A program made the position numbers and the translations under genes. A stretch of 64,000 nt of DNA from Bacteroidales bacterium. Lineage in GTDB: Bacteria; Bacteroidota; Bacteroidia; Bacteroidales; 4484-276. Every line of letters begins with the position of its first letter. Position 1 is the stretch's first letter. Of this stretch, positions 38,895-49,900 are shown one piece after another. The notes under the pieces are model-generated. The model saw only the letters and a program-made list of their open reading frames with translations. It was not told the DNA's origin and did no database searches. The stretch lies in assembly GCA_036794825.1 (NCBI GenBank), contig DAIRGA010000012.1, positions 60,489 to 124,488 of the forward strand, read 5' to 3'.

Positions 38895-40250
38895 TTACTG
38901 GATAATCTTTGGTTTCGGCAGATTAACCTGGACTTGAAGGATGCGGCGGTTATCCACTTTGGTAATTTTAAACTCAAATTGCTGAAATTTATTACTGTGG
39001 TTCAGTTTTGGGATTCTACCCTCAAGCTCGATGATTAAGCCTGCGAGGGTATCAGGATCTCCCTGAATATCCTCGAAAATGGTATCCTCAATATTCATGA
39101 TTTTGCAAAAGTCGTTGAGCAGGGTTTTACCTTCGAAAAGGAAAGTGTAATCATCAATTCTGGTGTAATTTACCTCATCTTCGTAGGTGTCGAATTCGTC
39201 GCTGATATCGCCCACAATCTCCTCGATTATGTCTTCGAGAGTAACGATTCCGGATGTGCCGCCGTATTCATCCACCACTATGGCGAGATGGATCTTTTTT
39301 TCCTGGAATTCTTTCAGAAGAATATTGATTTTTTTGTTTTCCGGAACAAAAAATGCGGGCCGTAACAGCTCTGCCCATTCGAACTCATCCGGTTTTTCAA
39401 GATGCGGCAACAGGTCTTTAACGTAGAGAATACCAACAATTTTGTCGAAGTTTTCTTCATAGGCGGGGATTCGTGAATATCCGGAATTGAGAATGATTTG
39501 GAGTAATTTGTGGTATTTTATCGAAATGTCCACAGCCGTTACATCAAGGCGTGGTTTCATGATCTCTTTTGCTTCGATATCACCAAATTTTACGATTCCC
39601 TTGAGGATTTTTCGCTCCTCAGCGGGTGCACCTTCAGCGGCTGTAAGCTCTATGGCCTGAGACAGATCGTCCATCGAAAATTGCGCTGCTTTTCGGTTGA
39701 TGCGGCGATCAACGATTCCGGAGCTCTTTACCAGGATGGCGCTTAACGGATGTAGCAAAGTGATGAGAAACCTGAATGCCGGTGTCATGATAAGTGCGAT
39801 TTTCAGAGGCTTTGAAGCAGAAAGAATCTTAGGCATTATCTCGCCAAAAATCAGCAAAACTGATGTAACCAAAACCACCTGGATCAGGAAGGCAAATACC
39901 GGGTTATTCTCAACAACCACAATATTTGACAGTAAAAATGTGGAAAGAATAATGATAGCAACATTTACAAAATTGTTGGCAATCAATATTGTAGCCAGGA
40001 GTCGCTTTGGTTGTTCGAGTAGCGATATGAGTCTTTCACCGTTTTTGATTTTTCCTGATCTGATGTTTTTAATCTGCGATGCATCAAGTGAAAAGAAGGC
40101 AACTTCGGAGCCAGAAATAAAGGCAGAACAAAGGATGAGCAGAACCATCACCAAAAAACCGAAAATAACCGGGAAACTGACGGGCTGGAAGGTCAGGCCG
40201 GATGCCATCAGCAGCAGTTGCGGAAAAGGGTCAAGATCAGGGTCTTCCAA
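38895..40250 (-). CDS. gldE: Gliding motility-associated protein GldE (CNNM-CBS-CorC)
   Basis: SGSEVAFFSL, ILIANNFVN, FGEIMPK, GYSRIP, VDEYGGTSGIVTLEDIIEEIVG; TTG start at 40250 (MEDPD) preferred; ssb-gldE-gldD order. Confidence 0.9.
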   Translation of the reverse strand: MEDPDLDPFPQLLLMASGLTFQPVSFPVIFGFLVMVLLILCSAFISGSEVAFFSLDASQIKNIRSGKIKNGERLISLLEQPKRLLATILIANNFVNVAIIILSTFLLSNIVVVENNPVFAFLIQVVLVTSVLLIFGEIMPKILSASKPLKIALIMTPAFRFLITLLHPLSAILVKSSGIVDRRINRKAAQFSMDDLSQAIELTAAEGAPAEERKILKGIVKFGDIEAKEIMKPRLDVTAVDISIKYHKLLQIILNSGYSRIPAYEENFDKIVGILYVKDLLPHLEKPDEFEWAELLRPAFFVPENKKINILLKEFQEKKIHLAIVVDEYGGTSGIVTLEDIIEEIVGDISDEFDTYEDEVNYTRIDDYTFLFEGKTLLNDFCKIMNIEDTIFEDIQGDPDTLAGLIIELEGRIPKLNHSNKFQQFEFKITKVDNRRILQVQVNLPKPKIIQ

Positions 40251-40428
40251 AATCAATAAGTGTTGGTTCAACTTTAACAAAAAACTTGCGGTGGCAAAAG
40301 TAAAAAAATCGTTTCAATTCAAACCACCTCCGTGCAAACGATCAGATTAAGCATAAACAAATAACTGATACTGAGTTTATTATCAATATCAATTTAACCA
40401 GTGGATAAAATAATTTCGTCAGGTAAGG

Positions 40429-40860
40429 CTAAAAAGGCAAATCATCTGTTGGTCCTTGCTCTGGCGCCTGGAAATCATCTTCCATCTTTTCGGGAATGGC
40501 TGGCGGCTGGTATTGCGAGCCTTCCGGAGTGTCTTTTTTACCAAGCATCAGGAATGAGTCGCCATTGATTTCGGTGATATACTTTTTGACACCATTTTGC
40601 TCGTACGAGCGGGTCTTTATTTTGCCTTCGAGGTAAATGGAACTGCCTTTGCGAAGATATTTTTCAGCAATCTCGGCCTGTGTGCGCCAAAGGACAATAT
40701 TGTGCCATTCGGTCTGATCCACACGCTTTCCATCTTTGTCTTTGTAGCTCTCGGTGGTGGCCAGCGAAAAAGAGACTTTCTTTACTCCATTTTCAAATGT
40801 CAGAACATTTGGGTCGCCGCCAAGATTCCCTATCAGAATAACTTTGTTAAGTCCAGCCAT
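40429..40860 (-). CDS. ssb: Single-stranded DNA-binding protein
   Basis: NKVILIGNLG.DP, TEWHNIVLW, YLEGKIKTR, C-terminal DDLPF. Confidence 0.97.
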   Translation of the reverse strand: MAGLNKVILIGNLGGDPNVLTFENGVKKVSFSLATTESYKDKDGKRVDQTEWHNIVLWRTQAEIAEKYLRKGSSIYLEGKIKTRSYEQNGVKKYITEINGDSFLMLGKKDTPEGSQYQPPAIPEKMEDDFQAPEQGPTDDLPF

Positions 40861-41004
40861 AATTTCAAGTTTTGAGGTTTAAATTGATCAACAAATGTAG
40901 ATAAAATTCATGAATTTGTTACCGCTTGTTGACAAATGATGGTAAATTTGTTTCCTGTTGGTTAATCCGGAAGGAGAACATAATCTTAAAACACAACGAC
41001 TCTA

Positions 41005-43068
41005 ATGAGCAACATTTGGATAAACACGCTGATAACCATTGCGCTGCTGAATTTGGCATTCCTCACTTACGCGCAGTTGCCAAAGGTTGACAGCCTCGAA
41101 CAATTGATCGACAACGATAAGGTAACGGCCGGGCAGCGTGTTCAGGCTATGATAGAGCTGGCGCGGTTGCAAATGCCGGTTTCAACTTCGCAGTCTATCG
41201 AAACTGCTAAAAACGCATTGATTCTGGCTGAAAAAATTGCAGATAGAAAGCTGATGGCAGATGCCACAAAGGAGATTGCCAAAGGGTTTTACAGGCAAAG
41301 CGACCTTGCCAACGCGCTCGAATATTTCAAATTGGCATTAAAGATCAATATCGAAATCAATAATACAACTGAGCTTGCTGCAAGTTACAACAATGTGGGG
41401 GTGGTTTACAACCGGCTGGGCTACTACGATCTTGCTTTGCAAAACCACCTTAATCAGCTCAAAATCAACGAAGAAAATGGCAATCAACGGGGCATCGCCA
41501 TCTCACATCTGAACATCGGGAATATCTACGAAAACCTCAACGATTATGACAAAGCCAGGGAACAATATCTGAAATCAGGAGAAATGCACCGGGCACTTAG
41601 CGACAGCAACTCCTATTCAAATACCTCCATCAACCTGGGCGTGGTGAGTATGAAACTGAAAGAATTCGAAAAAGCGAGGGGATTTTTCAACGAAGCCCTT
41701 GCGATAAAAGAGAAAGACGGCGACATGATCAATATTGCCGCCATCTACGCCAACCTGGGTGTGATCAATCTTTCGGAGAACAACCTGACCGGAGCGCTTC
41801 GATACTTCGAAATGAGCCGGGCTATCTATGACTCCATTGATAACCGGCAGGGTGTGGCTGCTGCATTACTAAACATCGGCGAGGTAAAATTGCGTTTGAA
41901 GCGTTTTGAAGAGAGCTATGCGCTGTTTTCGGATGCTTTAAGGATAGCTCAGGAAATTGATTCGCGCAAACTGATTCTCGATGCCAAATCCTACCTGGTG
42001 AAATGGTTTGAAACGACCGGCGATTTTGGGCAGGCGTATGAGTATTTTACTGCCGTTACTGTGCTCAAAGACAGCTTATTGAACAGTGAAAAAAGCCTCC
42101 AGATCAAAAACCTGCAAATTGTTTATGAAGTTGAGAAGAAAGAAAAGGAGATACTGGAGCAAAGCATCGCCATCGAGCGATTGAAGTCGCGCCAGTTCTA
42201 TTTCTGGATGATTATTCTTGCGGTGTTTGTTCTGGCAGCCACGCTTTTCTGGATGTACCGGATCAAGAAACGACTTAACCGGCAGCTGGAACTCAGGATT
42301 GAAGAGGCACTGAAGAAGCAAAACGAACAGCAACAGGTGATTGTGCATCAATCGAGCCTTACCTCGCTTGGCGAACTGGCTTCGGGAATTGCGCACGAGA
42401 TAAAGCAGCCCTTGCAGAACATATCGCTGGCTGTCGAAAGCATTCAGCTCGAAAACCAGGAAGATGCCCCTGACCGAACTTTCATCGGTCAAAGTATCAA
42501 AGATATTCACGAAGATATTAAGCGTATAAAGCTGATTATTAGTGAGATCAGTAAGTTTTCGCGTGGCCAGCAGATGATGATCCAGGAACCATTCGATTTC
42601 AACGATAGCATCGAAAAAGCCTTCATCCTTGCCAGGACCAGATTCTCCGATTATCAGATTAAAGTAGAGTTTGATCTTGACCGCACAATCCCTGAAGTGC
42701 TTGGAAATCCTTACAAATTCGAGCAGGTTGTGGTCAATTTCTTCAACAATGCCAAGGATGCTATCGAGGAACAGGCGGCTCGTTCAGAGGGATCATTTGA
42801 AAAATTGATGAAAGTCAGGAGTTGTCAGGACAAACACTTCATCAGCCTGGAGGTTAGCGATAATGGGATAGGAATTCCCGAGCAGCTTAAAACCAATATC
42901 TTCCTGCCGTTTTATACCACTAAAAGCCTAGGAAAAGGAACCGGGCTGGGGCTCTCGATTTCGTTGGGTATCGCTAAAGAAATGGGAGGCTTTATTGAAG
43001 TGGAGTCCGAAGAGGGCAAAGGAACGCTGATGCGGCTCAAAATTCCGAAACCGAAAAAAATTGATTGA
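41005..43068 (+). CDS. TPR-repeat sensor histidine kinase
   Basis: Signal peptide, about 6-7 TPRs (YNNVGVVY, HLNIGNIY), one TM, GIAHEIKQPL, NAKDA, DNGIGI, FYTTK..GKGTGLGL. Confidence 0.9.
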   Translation: MSNIWINTLITIALLNLAFLTYAQLPKVDSLEQLIDNDKVTAGQRVQAMIELARLQMPVSTSQSIETAKNALILAEKIADRKLMADATKEIAKGFYRQSDLANALEYFKLALKINIEINNTTELAASYNNVGVVYNRLGYYDLALQNHLNQLKINEENGNQRGIAISHLNIGNIYENLNDYDKAREQYLKSGEMHRALSDSNSYSNTSINLGVVSMKLKEFEKARGFFNEALAIKEKDGDMINIAAIYANLGVINLSENNLTGALRYFEMSRAIYDSIDNRQGVAAALLNIGEVKLRLKRFEESYALFSDALRIAQEIDSRKLILDAKSYLVKWFETTGDFGQAYEYFTAVTVLKDSLLNSEKSLQIKNLQIVYEVEKKEKEILEQSIAIERLKSRQFYFWMIILAVFVLAATLFWMYRIKKRLNRQLELRIEEALKKQNEQQQVIVHQSSLTSLGELASGIAHEIKQPLQNISLAVESIQLENQEDAPDRTFIGQSIKDIHEDIKRIKLIISEISKFSRGQQMMIQEPFDFNDSIEKAFILARTRFSDYQIKVEFDLDRTIPEVLGNPYKFEQVVVNFFNNAKDAIEEQAARSEGSFEKLMKVRSCQDKHFISLEVSDNGIGIPEQLKTNIFLPFYTTKSLGKGTGLGLSISLGIAKEMGGFIEVESEEGKGTLMRLKIPKPKKID

Positions 43069-43283
43069 TGCGTTTAACCAACCGATTTTGGTGCTTTTAA
43101 AGCAGGATACACCAAACTAATTGTCAGGGGATACAAGCACTCCACCTGGTCAGCATGTGTCTGCCATTTTTCTATTGATGATTTCAGCTATCTTGGTGGC
43201 ATGTTTTTTTCTAAAAAAGAAACAAAGCGGCCTGAAAATCGTTTATGGCTTCATTAATCACTATCAATTTTAAAGTTATTCTT

Positions 43284-44165
43284 ATGAAATTTTACAGGTT
43301 TTTAGCTTTTGCAATGTTGCTGGCAGCAGGTGTGGTTTTTACGGGTTGCAGCGACGATGAAGATGACACCGTGGATATGGGACCAACAATCTCGTTGAAA
43401 ACAGGAACCGGCTACACGTCAGCAGATTTTGAAGTTTACAACGACAGCACGCTCAAATTCGGTGTTACGGCCAACAAAAGTACCACACACGATCACAACC
43501 TGGCAAGATTGAACATCTATTACAACGATCTTACCCTTGTGGATTCGACTATGGATGTAGCCAGTTTTAACGGCGATTTCGAAATCAAATTTGTTGGCAT
43601 CGGTACCGGGGTTATGAAATTCAAGATCACTGCTCACGGTGGTTTGAGCGACGAAACGACGCTGAACGTGACTATTAAAGAGCCTCCTTATCTTGGCGAG
43701 GAAGTAATGAAAACCACCAACATCGAGATGGGTTCGTTCAACGATCCCATCGGAAGTTTTTACAATACCGTTGATGCTTTGGTCTATACAGTGCCGGATG
43801 CAAAACTCAATCAGGCCAAAGTTGACTTCCTTTTTTTCAGGGGTGTGACAAATCTTAATACCATCGCAGCTCCTGATGACGCAGATGCCAATACAATTCC
43901 GTCATTTGATCTTGGTAGCTGGACAACAAAAAATGCTACCCGTCTTTACCTTACAACCATGACAGCAGCAGAGTTTGATGCCATCGGCGACCTTCACATA
44001 TTCCCTGAGTTCAACACTGCCACAGCAACTTCGAGGGTTAATCAGCTTGCAAATGGCAACGTGCTGATATTCAAGACGGTTGGTGATAAACTTGGATACA
44101 TTAAAATCGTAGATCTTTACTCAAAGGGCGATAAACTTAAGATGGATGTAATCGTGCAAAAATAG
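43284..44165 (+). CDS. Hypothetical surface lipoprotein
   Basis: Lipobox VFTGC followed by acidic SDDEDD; beta-rich sequence; ATG 43284. Confidence 0.75.
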   Translation: MKFYRFLAFAMLLAAGVVFTGCSDDEDDTVDMGPTISLKTGTGYTSADFEVYNDSTLKFGVTANKSTTHDHNLARLNIYYNDLTLVDSTMDVASFNGDFEIKFVGIGTGVMKFKITAHGGLSDETTLNVTIKEPPYLGEEVMKTTNIEMGSFNDPIGSFYNTVDALVYTVPDAKLNQAKVDFLFFRGVTNLNTIAAPDDADANTIPSFDLGSWTTKNATRLYLTTMTAAEFDAIGDLHIFPEFNTATATSRVNQLANGNVLIFKTVGDKLGYIKIVDLYSKGDKLKMDVIVQK

Positions 44166-44185
44166 CCCACGATTCACCCGAAAAG

Positions 44186-44227
44186 ATGCCGGTTTAGAAG
44201 TAAAAAAGCTTTCAGACCGGCATTTTT
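44186..44227 (+). terminator. Terminator-like hairpin
   Basis: ATGCCGGT...ACCGGCAT stem followed by a T run, directly after the lipoprotein stop. Confidence 0.6.
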
Positions 44228-44370
44228 CATTGGCTCAAATCTATCGCCCGATCCTTAAACCATTTAAAATCAATCTATGAAATATCTTCATTCAAGGTTT
44301 TCAAAACTTATTAACCAACCGACAGCCATTGCAGGCGTAATACTAATTTTGCCGCTTTACTGATCCTCTT

Positions 44371-45510
44371 ATGATTGACGCGTTACTTCAAAGTTTATTC
44401 AATAATCATCTTTTTGCAGGGTTGCTCTACTTGTTCCTGTTCATGCTGCTTGTGCAACTTGTCTATTTCTGGGTATTTTTCAGCCAGCTTGCATTTCGCA
44501 AATCCGGAGTTGAAAATACGGAAAAGCCCCCGGTATCAGTCGTACTGGTTGCCAGCAATCATTACAACGATCTCCGTAAACATCTTCCGGAAATTCTCAG
44601 CCAGGATTATCCCAACTACGAAGTGGTTGTTGTAAACGATGCATCAGAAGATGGGAGCGATGAGCTGCTGGAGCGTTTTGCAGAGCAATATCCACATCTT
44701 AAAGTAGTTGTGATGCATCAGAGCCTCAACTGGTTTAAGGGAACAAAATTTCCACTTTCGATCGGCATCAAATCAGCAAAACACGAAATTATCCTGGTCA
44801 CCGAAACCAACTTTGTGCCGCTAAGCAACAAGTGGCTCAGCGAGATGATGAAATGCCGGAAAGAGAAGACAGAAATTATCGTTGCTCATTCCACTTTTGC
44901 TACAGGCTCAAAAATTAATGCCTGGTATCGTTTTGCCGGTTTTCACCGTCAACTGCTTAACTTCTCCGCAATTCTGACCAAACTGACTTTTACCGGGTCT
45001 GCCGGTAACCTGATTTTCACCAGGAGTTTGTTTTACGATAGTCAGGGATTTACTTCGCATTACACCAAATCTGCCGGTACGGGTGAGATGTTTGTTAATC
45101 AGGCTGCTACGAGGTCCAACGTTAGCCTGCAGATTTCACCTGAGAGCAGGATAGCATATGCCAAGAATCTGTCGTTCGGTAAATGGCTGGAAAAAGAAAA
45201 TGACAATTTTGAGATCAATCGCTATCTGAAGTTCTCTCACCGGGCGTTTAACTCCCTGTTTTTTAACTCATTATTGCTCTTCTTCCTGGCTTTTGCCGCC
45301 CTGATGATTCTCAATCTTCACTGGGAAATCGTACTTGGACTATTTGCGTTGCGTTTTATCAGCCAGTTGCTTGTGTTTGGATTTGCCCAAAAGAAGCTAT
45401 CTGAGAAAGGTTTGTTGCTTTTTACTCCGTTTTTCGAGATTTTTCTCCACCTGGTTCACTTCTTCCTTCGTTTCAGGCTTTTATTTGTCAGAAAGAAAAT
45501 ATGGAACTAA
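44371..45510 (+). CDS. Membrane GT2-fold protein with degenerate catalytic motifs
   Basis: N-terminal TM, PVSVV...QDYPNYEVVVVNDAS, C-terminal TMs; DxD, DD and QxxRW positions substituted. Confidence 0.78.
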   Translation: MIDALLQSLFNNHLFAGLLYLFLFMLLVQLVYFWVFFSQLAFRKSGVENTEKPPVSVVLVASNHYNDLRKHLPEILSQDYPNYEVVVVNDASEDGSDELLERFAEQYPHLKVVVMHQSLNWFKGTKFPLSIGIKSAKHEIILVTETNFVPLSNKWLSEMMKCRKEKTEIIVAHSTFATGSKINAWYRFAGFHRQLLNFSAILTKLTFTGSAGNLIFTRSLFYDSQGFTSHYTKSAGTGEMFVNQAATRSNVSLQISPESRIAYAKNLSFGKWLEKENDNFEINRYLKFSHRAFNSLFFNSLLLFFLAFAALMILNLHWEIVLGLFALRFISQLLVFGFAQKKLSEKGLLLFTPFFEIFLHLVHFFLRFRLLFVRKKIWN

Positions 45511-46679
45511 CCCGGCGACAATACAATTTTGACGAGATCATCCCGCGTGAGGAAACCGATTGTGTGAAGTATGACCTGCGGAAGGTTTATTTCGGCGCCG
45601 AAGACATAATACCCATGTGGGTGGCCGATATGGATTTTCGCACTCCGGATTTCATCATCGAAGCCATCCGTCACCGCCTCGATCACGAGGTTTTGGGTTA
45701 TTCTATCCGGTCGAAAAAATTCAATTCCGCTATTGTAGGCTGGATGAAAACGCGTCATAACTGGATAATTAATCCATCGTGGATCAGTTTTAGTCCGGGA
45801 GTGGTTCCTGCACTCAATATGCTGGTGCTTGCTTTCACTCAGCCCGGTGATAAAATTATCGTTCAGCCCCCGGTCTATTTTCCTTTTTTTGCAGCCATCG
45901 AAAATAATGGCCGCACAAAAGTGGAGAATCCGCTGAGGCTGGAAAATGGCAGGTTGTGTATAGATTTTGATGATTTGAGATCAAAGGCTGAAGGAGCAAA
46001 AATGATCCTGATAAGTCATCCGCAAAATCCCGGGGGTAGTGTATGGAAAAAGCACGAACTTGAAGAACTTGCAGAAATCTGTCTCAAACATAACATCCTG
46101 ATGGTCAGCGACGAAATACATTCGGATCTGGTATTTCCACCCTTAACTCACATTCCGCTGGCTTCACTTTCCGAACAGGCCGCCAGGCAAACCATTACTT
46201 GTAATGCACCATCCAAAACTTTCAACATTGCCGGCCTCGCCACCTCTTACCTCATTATTCCCGACGAAGAAAAACTGAAAAGATACAACCGGATGTTGAA
46301 TGATGAATTGCACCTTAACATGGGTAACCTTCCAGGCAATATTGCACTTCAGGCAGCATATCATTACGGCGCAGGCTGGCTGGAGCAACTGCTGGATTAC
46401 CTCCAGAAAAACATCATTCTTGTAAAAGAATTCTGCGCCGAACATTTGCCACAAATCATTCCGATTATCCCTGAATCTACCTACATGATCTGGCTCGACT
46501 GCCGGAAAATGGGTTTGCAGGGTGATGCCCTGAGAGATTTTTTCATCCAAAAGGCGAAAGTTGGTTTTAACGACGGCAGGGTTTTTGGTGCGGGCGGCGA
46601 AGGTTTTATGAGGATGAATGTTGCCTGCCCACGGCCGGTTGTAGAAGAAGCGCTGCTAAGGATAAAAAAAGCAATGTAA
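45501..46679 (+). CDS. MalY/PatB family PLP-dependent C-S lyase
   Basis: PMWVADMDF, HPQNPGG, SDEIHSD, APSKTFNIAG, ESTYMIWLD, F.RMNVACPR. Confidence 0.92.
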   Translation: MELTRRQYNFDEIIPREETDCVKYDLRKVYFGAEDIIPMWVADMDFRTPDFIIEAIRHRLDHEVLGYSIRSKKFNSAIVGWMKTRHNWIINPSWISFSPGVVPALNMLVLAFTQPGDKIIVQPPVYFPFFAAIENNGRTKVENPLRLENGRLCIDFDDLRSKAEGAKMILISHPQNPGGSVWKKHELEELAEICLKHNILMVSDEIHSDLVFPPLTHIPLASLSEQAARQTITCNAPSKTFNIAGLATSYLIIPDEEKLKRYNRMLNDELHLNMGNLPGNIALQAAYHYGAGWLEQLLDYLQKNIILVKEFCAEHLPQIIPIIPESTYMIWLDCRKMGLQGDALRDFFIQKAKVGFNDGRVFGAGGEGFMRMNVACPRPVVEEALLRIKKAM

Positions 46680-46743
46680 AAGATTCTCCATCAGGTTCTT
46701 AAGGCCGGAATCGCAACCATTTCTCCCCTTAACTGTTTAATAA

Positions 46744-46883
46744 ATGTTCAATCTAAAAAACTCAGAAACTGCTGATTTTTGCGTTTTTACCCATGACCCA
46801 AATGGGAGAGCGTTAAAAATCAGCAGTTTGGAAAATTGCCCATTTGGGGATTTAGGGGCAAATGGGCTTTTTAGACTGGCCTC
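46744..46883. repeat. Miniature inverted-repeat element, family 2 copy A (degraded ends)
   Basis: Internal 15-bp IR AAACTGCTGATTTTT / AAAAATCAGCAGTTT, second IR GCCCATTTG / CAAATGGGC; right ~64 nt differs at only 2 positions from the copy at 58103-58264. Confidence 0.8.
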
Positions 46884-46910
46884 ATGAATGCAATTTACAC
46901 TGCTTTTGCG

Positions 46911-46918
46911 TAAATTTG
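46911..46918 (+). promoter_or_regulatory. Bacteroidota -7 promoter box (TAAATTTG)
   Basis: TAnnTTTG about 27 nt upstream of ATG 46945. Confidence 0.5.
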
Positions 46919-46944
46919 CAGAGGGAACGTTTTGAGCCAAATAG

Positions 46945-49900
46945 ATGCAGAATTTTTACAAAAATATTGTTCTGGTTTTCTTCCTTTGGATTAGCGCAGG
47001 TATTAACATTTGCGCACAGCCACAAATCCAGTCGGTAACTCCCAACGGCCTGACCATTGCCAGATACGAAAAATTTGAACTGACTGTGGCGCTCAGCGCT
47101 ACCTTTTCCTCTCCCTACGATTTTGACCAGGTAAACCTTCAGGGGATTTTTACCTCTCCTTCGGGAAATGTTTTTGTGGTAGATGGGTTTTATTACCAGG
47201 CTTTTACCATGCCGGAACCCAATGTGCTGGTTGCCGATGGAGCGCCGGGCTGGCGAATCCGCTTTTCGCCCAACCAAGCCGGAACCTGGAATTATGTGGT
47301 TAAAGTAACAGATACCCAGGGAACGGCTACCTTCTCCAACCAGCAATTTACATGCACCAGCTCAACTCACAAAGGATTTGTAAAAAGATCAGGTGCTAAC
47401 CTTGTGTATGATAACGGCGACCGGTTCATTGCCCTGGGAACCAACCTTGCCTGGACGGAGTGGGCAACGGGTTTCACCATTTACAACGACTGGATTTCTA
47501 CCCTGAAAAGCAATGGCGGGAACTATGTGAAAATTACTATGGCGCCATGGATTTTTGGGCTGGAATGGGGCGCCGGAACACTGGGAAACTACACCAGCAG
47601 GCAAAACCGGGCATGGGCGCTCGACTGGGTTTTTGATAAATTGCTTCAGAATAATGTCTATTGCCAGCTACACTTCCTGGTACACGACGAATTGCGAACC
47701 GAATCGAACACCGGCTGGAATGAAAATCCCTTTAAAAGCACTAACGGCGGGCCATGCGTCAATCCACAGGATTTCTTTACCAATGCCACAGCCAAAAAGT
47801 TTTATAAACAGAAGATCCGCTATGCCATTGCCCGATGGGGATACTCCTCCTACCTGCATTCGTGGGAGGTGATGTCGGAAACGGATAACACGGGATTTTA
47901 CAGCAGCAACTACAGCCAAACGTACAATTGGGTGGTGGATATGACCGACTATGTGAAGACCAGAGATGTTCATCAGCGACCGGTTACCTCCGGATATGCC
48001 TGGCCACAGAACGATCCTGCTTACTGGAGTCATAACCTTGTGGATTATTCGCAGATCCACCTATACGATTTCATTCCCGACCTGGAAATGAAAGTGTATA
48101 ATTACTCAAGGCATTACATTGATAAATTTCAGAAACCACATATTGCCGGTGAGTTTGCACTTGGTCACAATCCAACAACCATCAATCAATCCGATCCCGG
48201 AGGCGTTGCCTTTCACAACGTGCTGTGGTCATCAGTGTTTTCGGGGACGATGGGTTCGGCCATGTCGTGGTGGTGGGATAACTATCTCTATCCCAACGGG
48301 TTATTCGGCTATTTTCAGCCTATTTCCTCTTTTATCAGTCAGGTAAATATAAAAGAAACCTCCTGGTATCATGAAATGCCGCTCACGAGCAGCAATACGC
48401 ACGAAACCCTCGAAGTTTTCCCGGATTTTTCCTCAACATCGGCGAAGGCGCCAGCCAATACCTTCTACATCGGGCCGTCGGGTTCCATAAGCCCTACGGT
48501 GATGGACATGGGGCAGCATCTATTTGGCGGACTTTATGCTTCGCTTCGCAATCCGCCGGCATTTCATGTGAATTATATTAAACCAGGAAAATTCCGGGTA
48601 AGGACGGGCAATCTAGCGGTGTTATCGAAAGTGAAAATAAGGCTGAACGGAGTGACGCTTGTCAATACCACAGCCTCCACCAACTCAACCTACAGCATTG
48701 ATGTGCCCGCCGGCATTCATGTTATTGAAGTAGACAACTCCGGAACCGGCATTCTGAAGATTGAAAAATACATTTTGGAAAATTACATGCCGCAGCTACG
48801 GGCATTCACTCTGCGCAAAAGCAACCATGTGGCCGGCTGGTTTCAGAACATCAATTACCACTGGAAAAAATTGCAGGAAAGTGGACCACCGGCGCCGATA
48901 AGCGGTGGAAAGATTGAACTTGGAAACCTAACACCCGGACTTTACAAGGTGAACTGGTACAACGGAAATGCGGTACTTGATTCCACGCAGTTGAAGTTTG
49001 CACAGAACGGATCGCTTTCGCTTGATGCCCCTCCGATCGTTTGGGATGGCGCTTTTGATGCGAAATTCTTTGTTCCGTTCAATATTGATTTTGCTGCTAG
49101 TCCGCGTTCCGGATTCTCACCGCTCACCGTGCAGTTTACCGATCAAACGACCTACACAACCGGCGGAAACTTCAGCTGGATGTGGAATTTCGGCGACGGA
49201 ACATTCAGCTTTCAGCAGAATCCTCAAAAAACTTACAGTAATCCGGGTAGCTACACGGTTTCGTTGCAGGTGAGCCAGGGGCAGTATTTTCATTCTGTTA
49301 CTAAAGCCAGTTTCATTGTAGTTGAGCAACCTCTTGTGGCCAATTTTTATGGCAGCCCGACCATCGTTCTGCCAGGAAGCCCCGTCCAGTTCACCGATTT
49401 ATCCCTCGGCGGCCCGGTAAGCTGGCTCTGGAATTTTGGTGATGGTACCTTTGGTTTCCAGAAAAACCCACCAAAAATCTACAACCAGCCAGGCAATTAC
49501 ACTGTTTCGCTTACTGTGCAGAAAGGTTCGCAAAACAGCACAATGACCAAAACCAACTACATTCAGGTGTTGGTTCCGCTAGTGGCTGATTTTACTTCTG
49601 ATGCAACGCTGGCTTTACCTGGCCAGCCAATAGCATTTACCGATCTTTCCACCGGATTGCCGACCTCATGGTCGTGGAATTTTGGAAACGGTACAACAAG
49701 TAACCTCAAGAATCCTGTTATCAGTTATGCTAATCCTGGGATTTACAATGTTTCGCTCACTGTAACCACCGCCCACCAGCAAAACAGCATTACCAAAAAT
49801 GCTTACATCACGATCCTCCCGGTCTTGATTGCTGATTTTGCGGCAGACACAACGCTGGTGGTTGCAGGAAATCCAGTAAGTTTCACTGATCTTTCTGCCG

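Noticed and set aside
38305-40250. gldD/gldE as proof of gliding motility
   Set aside because: These genes also occur in non-gliding Bacteroidota; the motor and adhesin genes are not in this window
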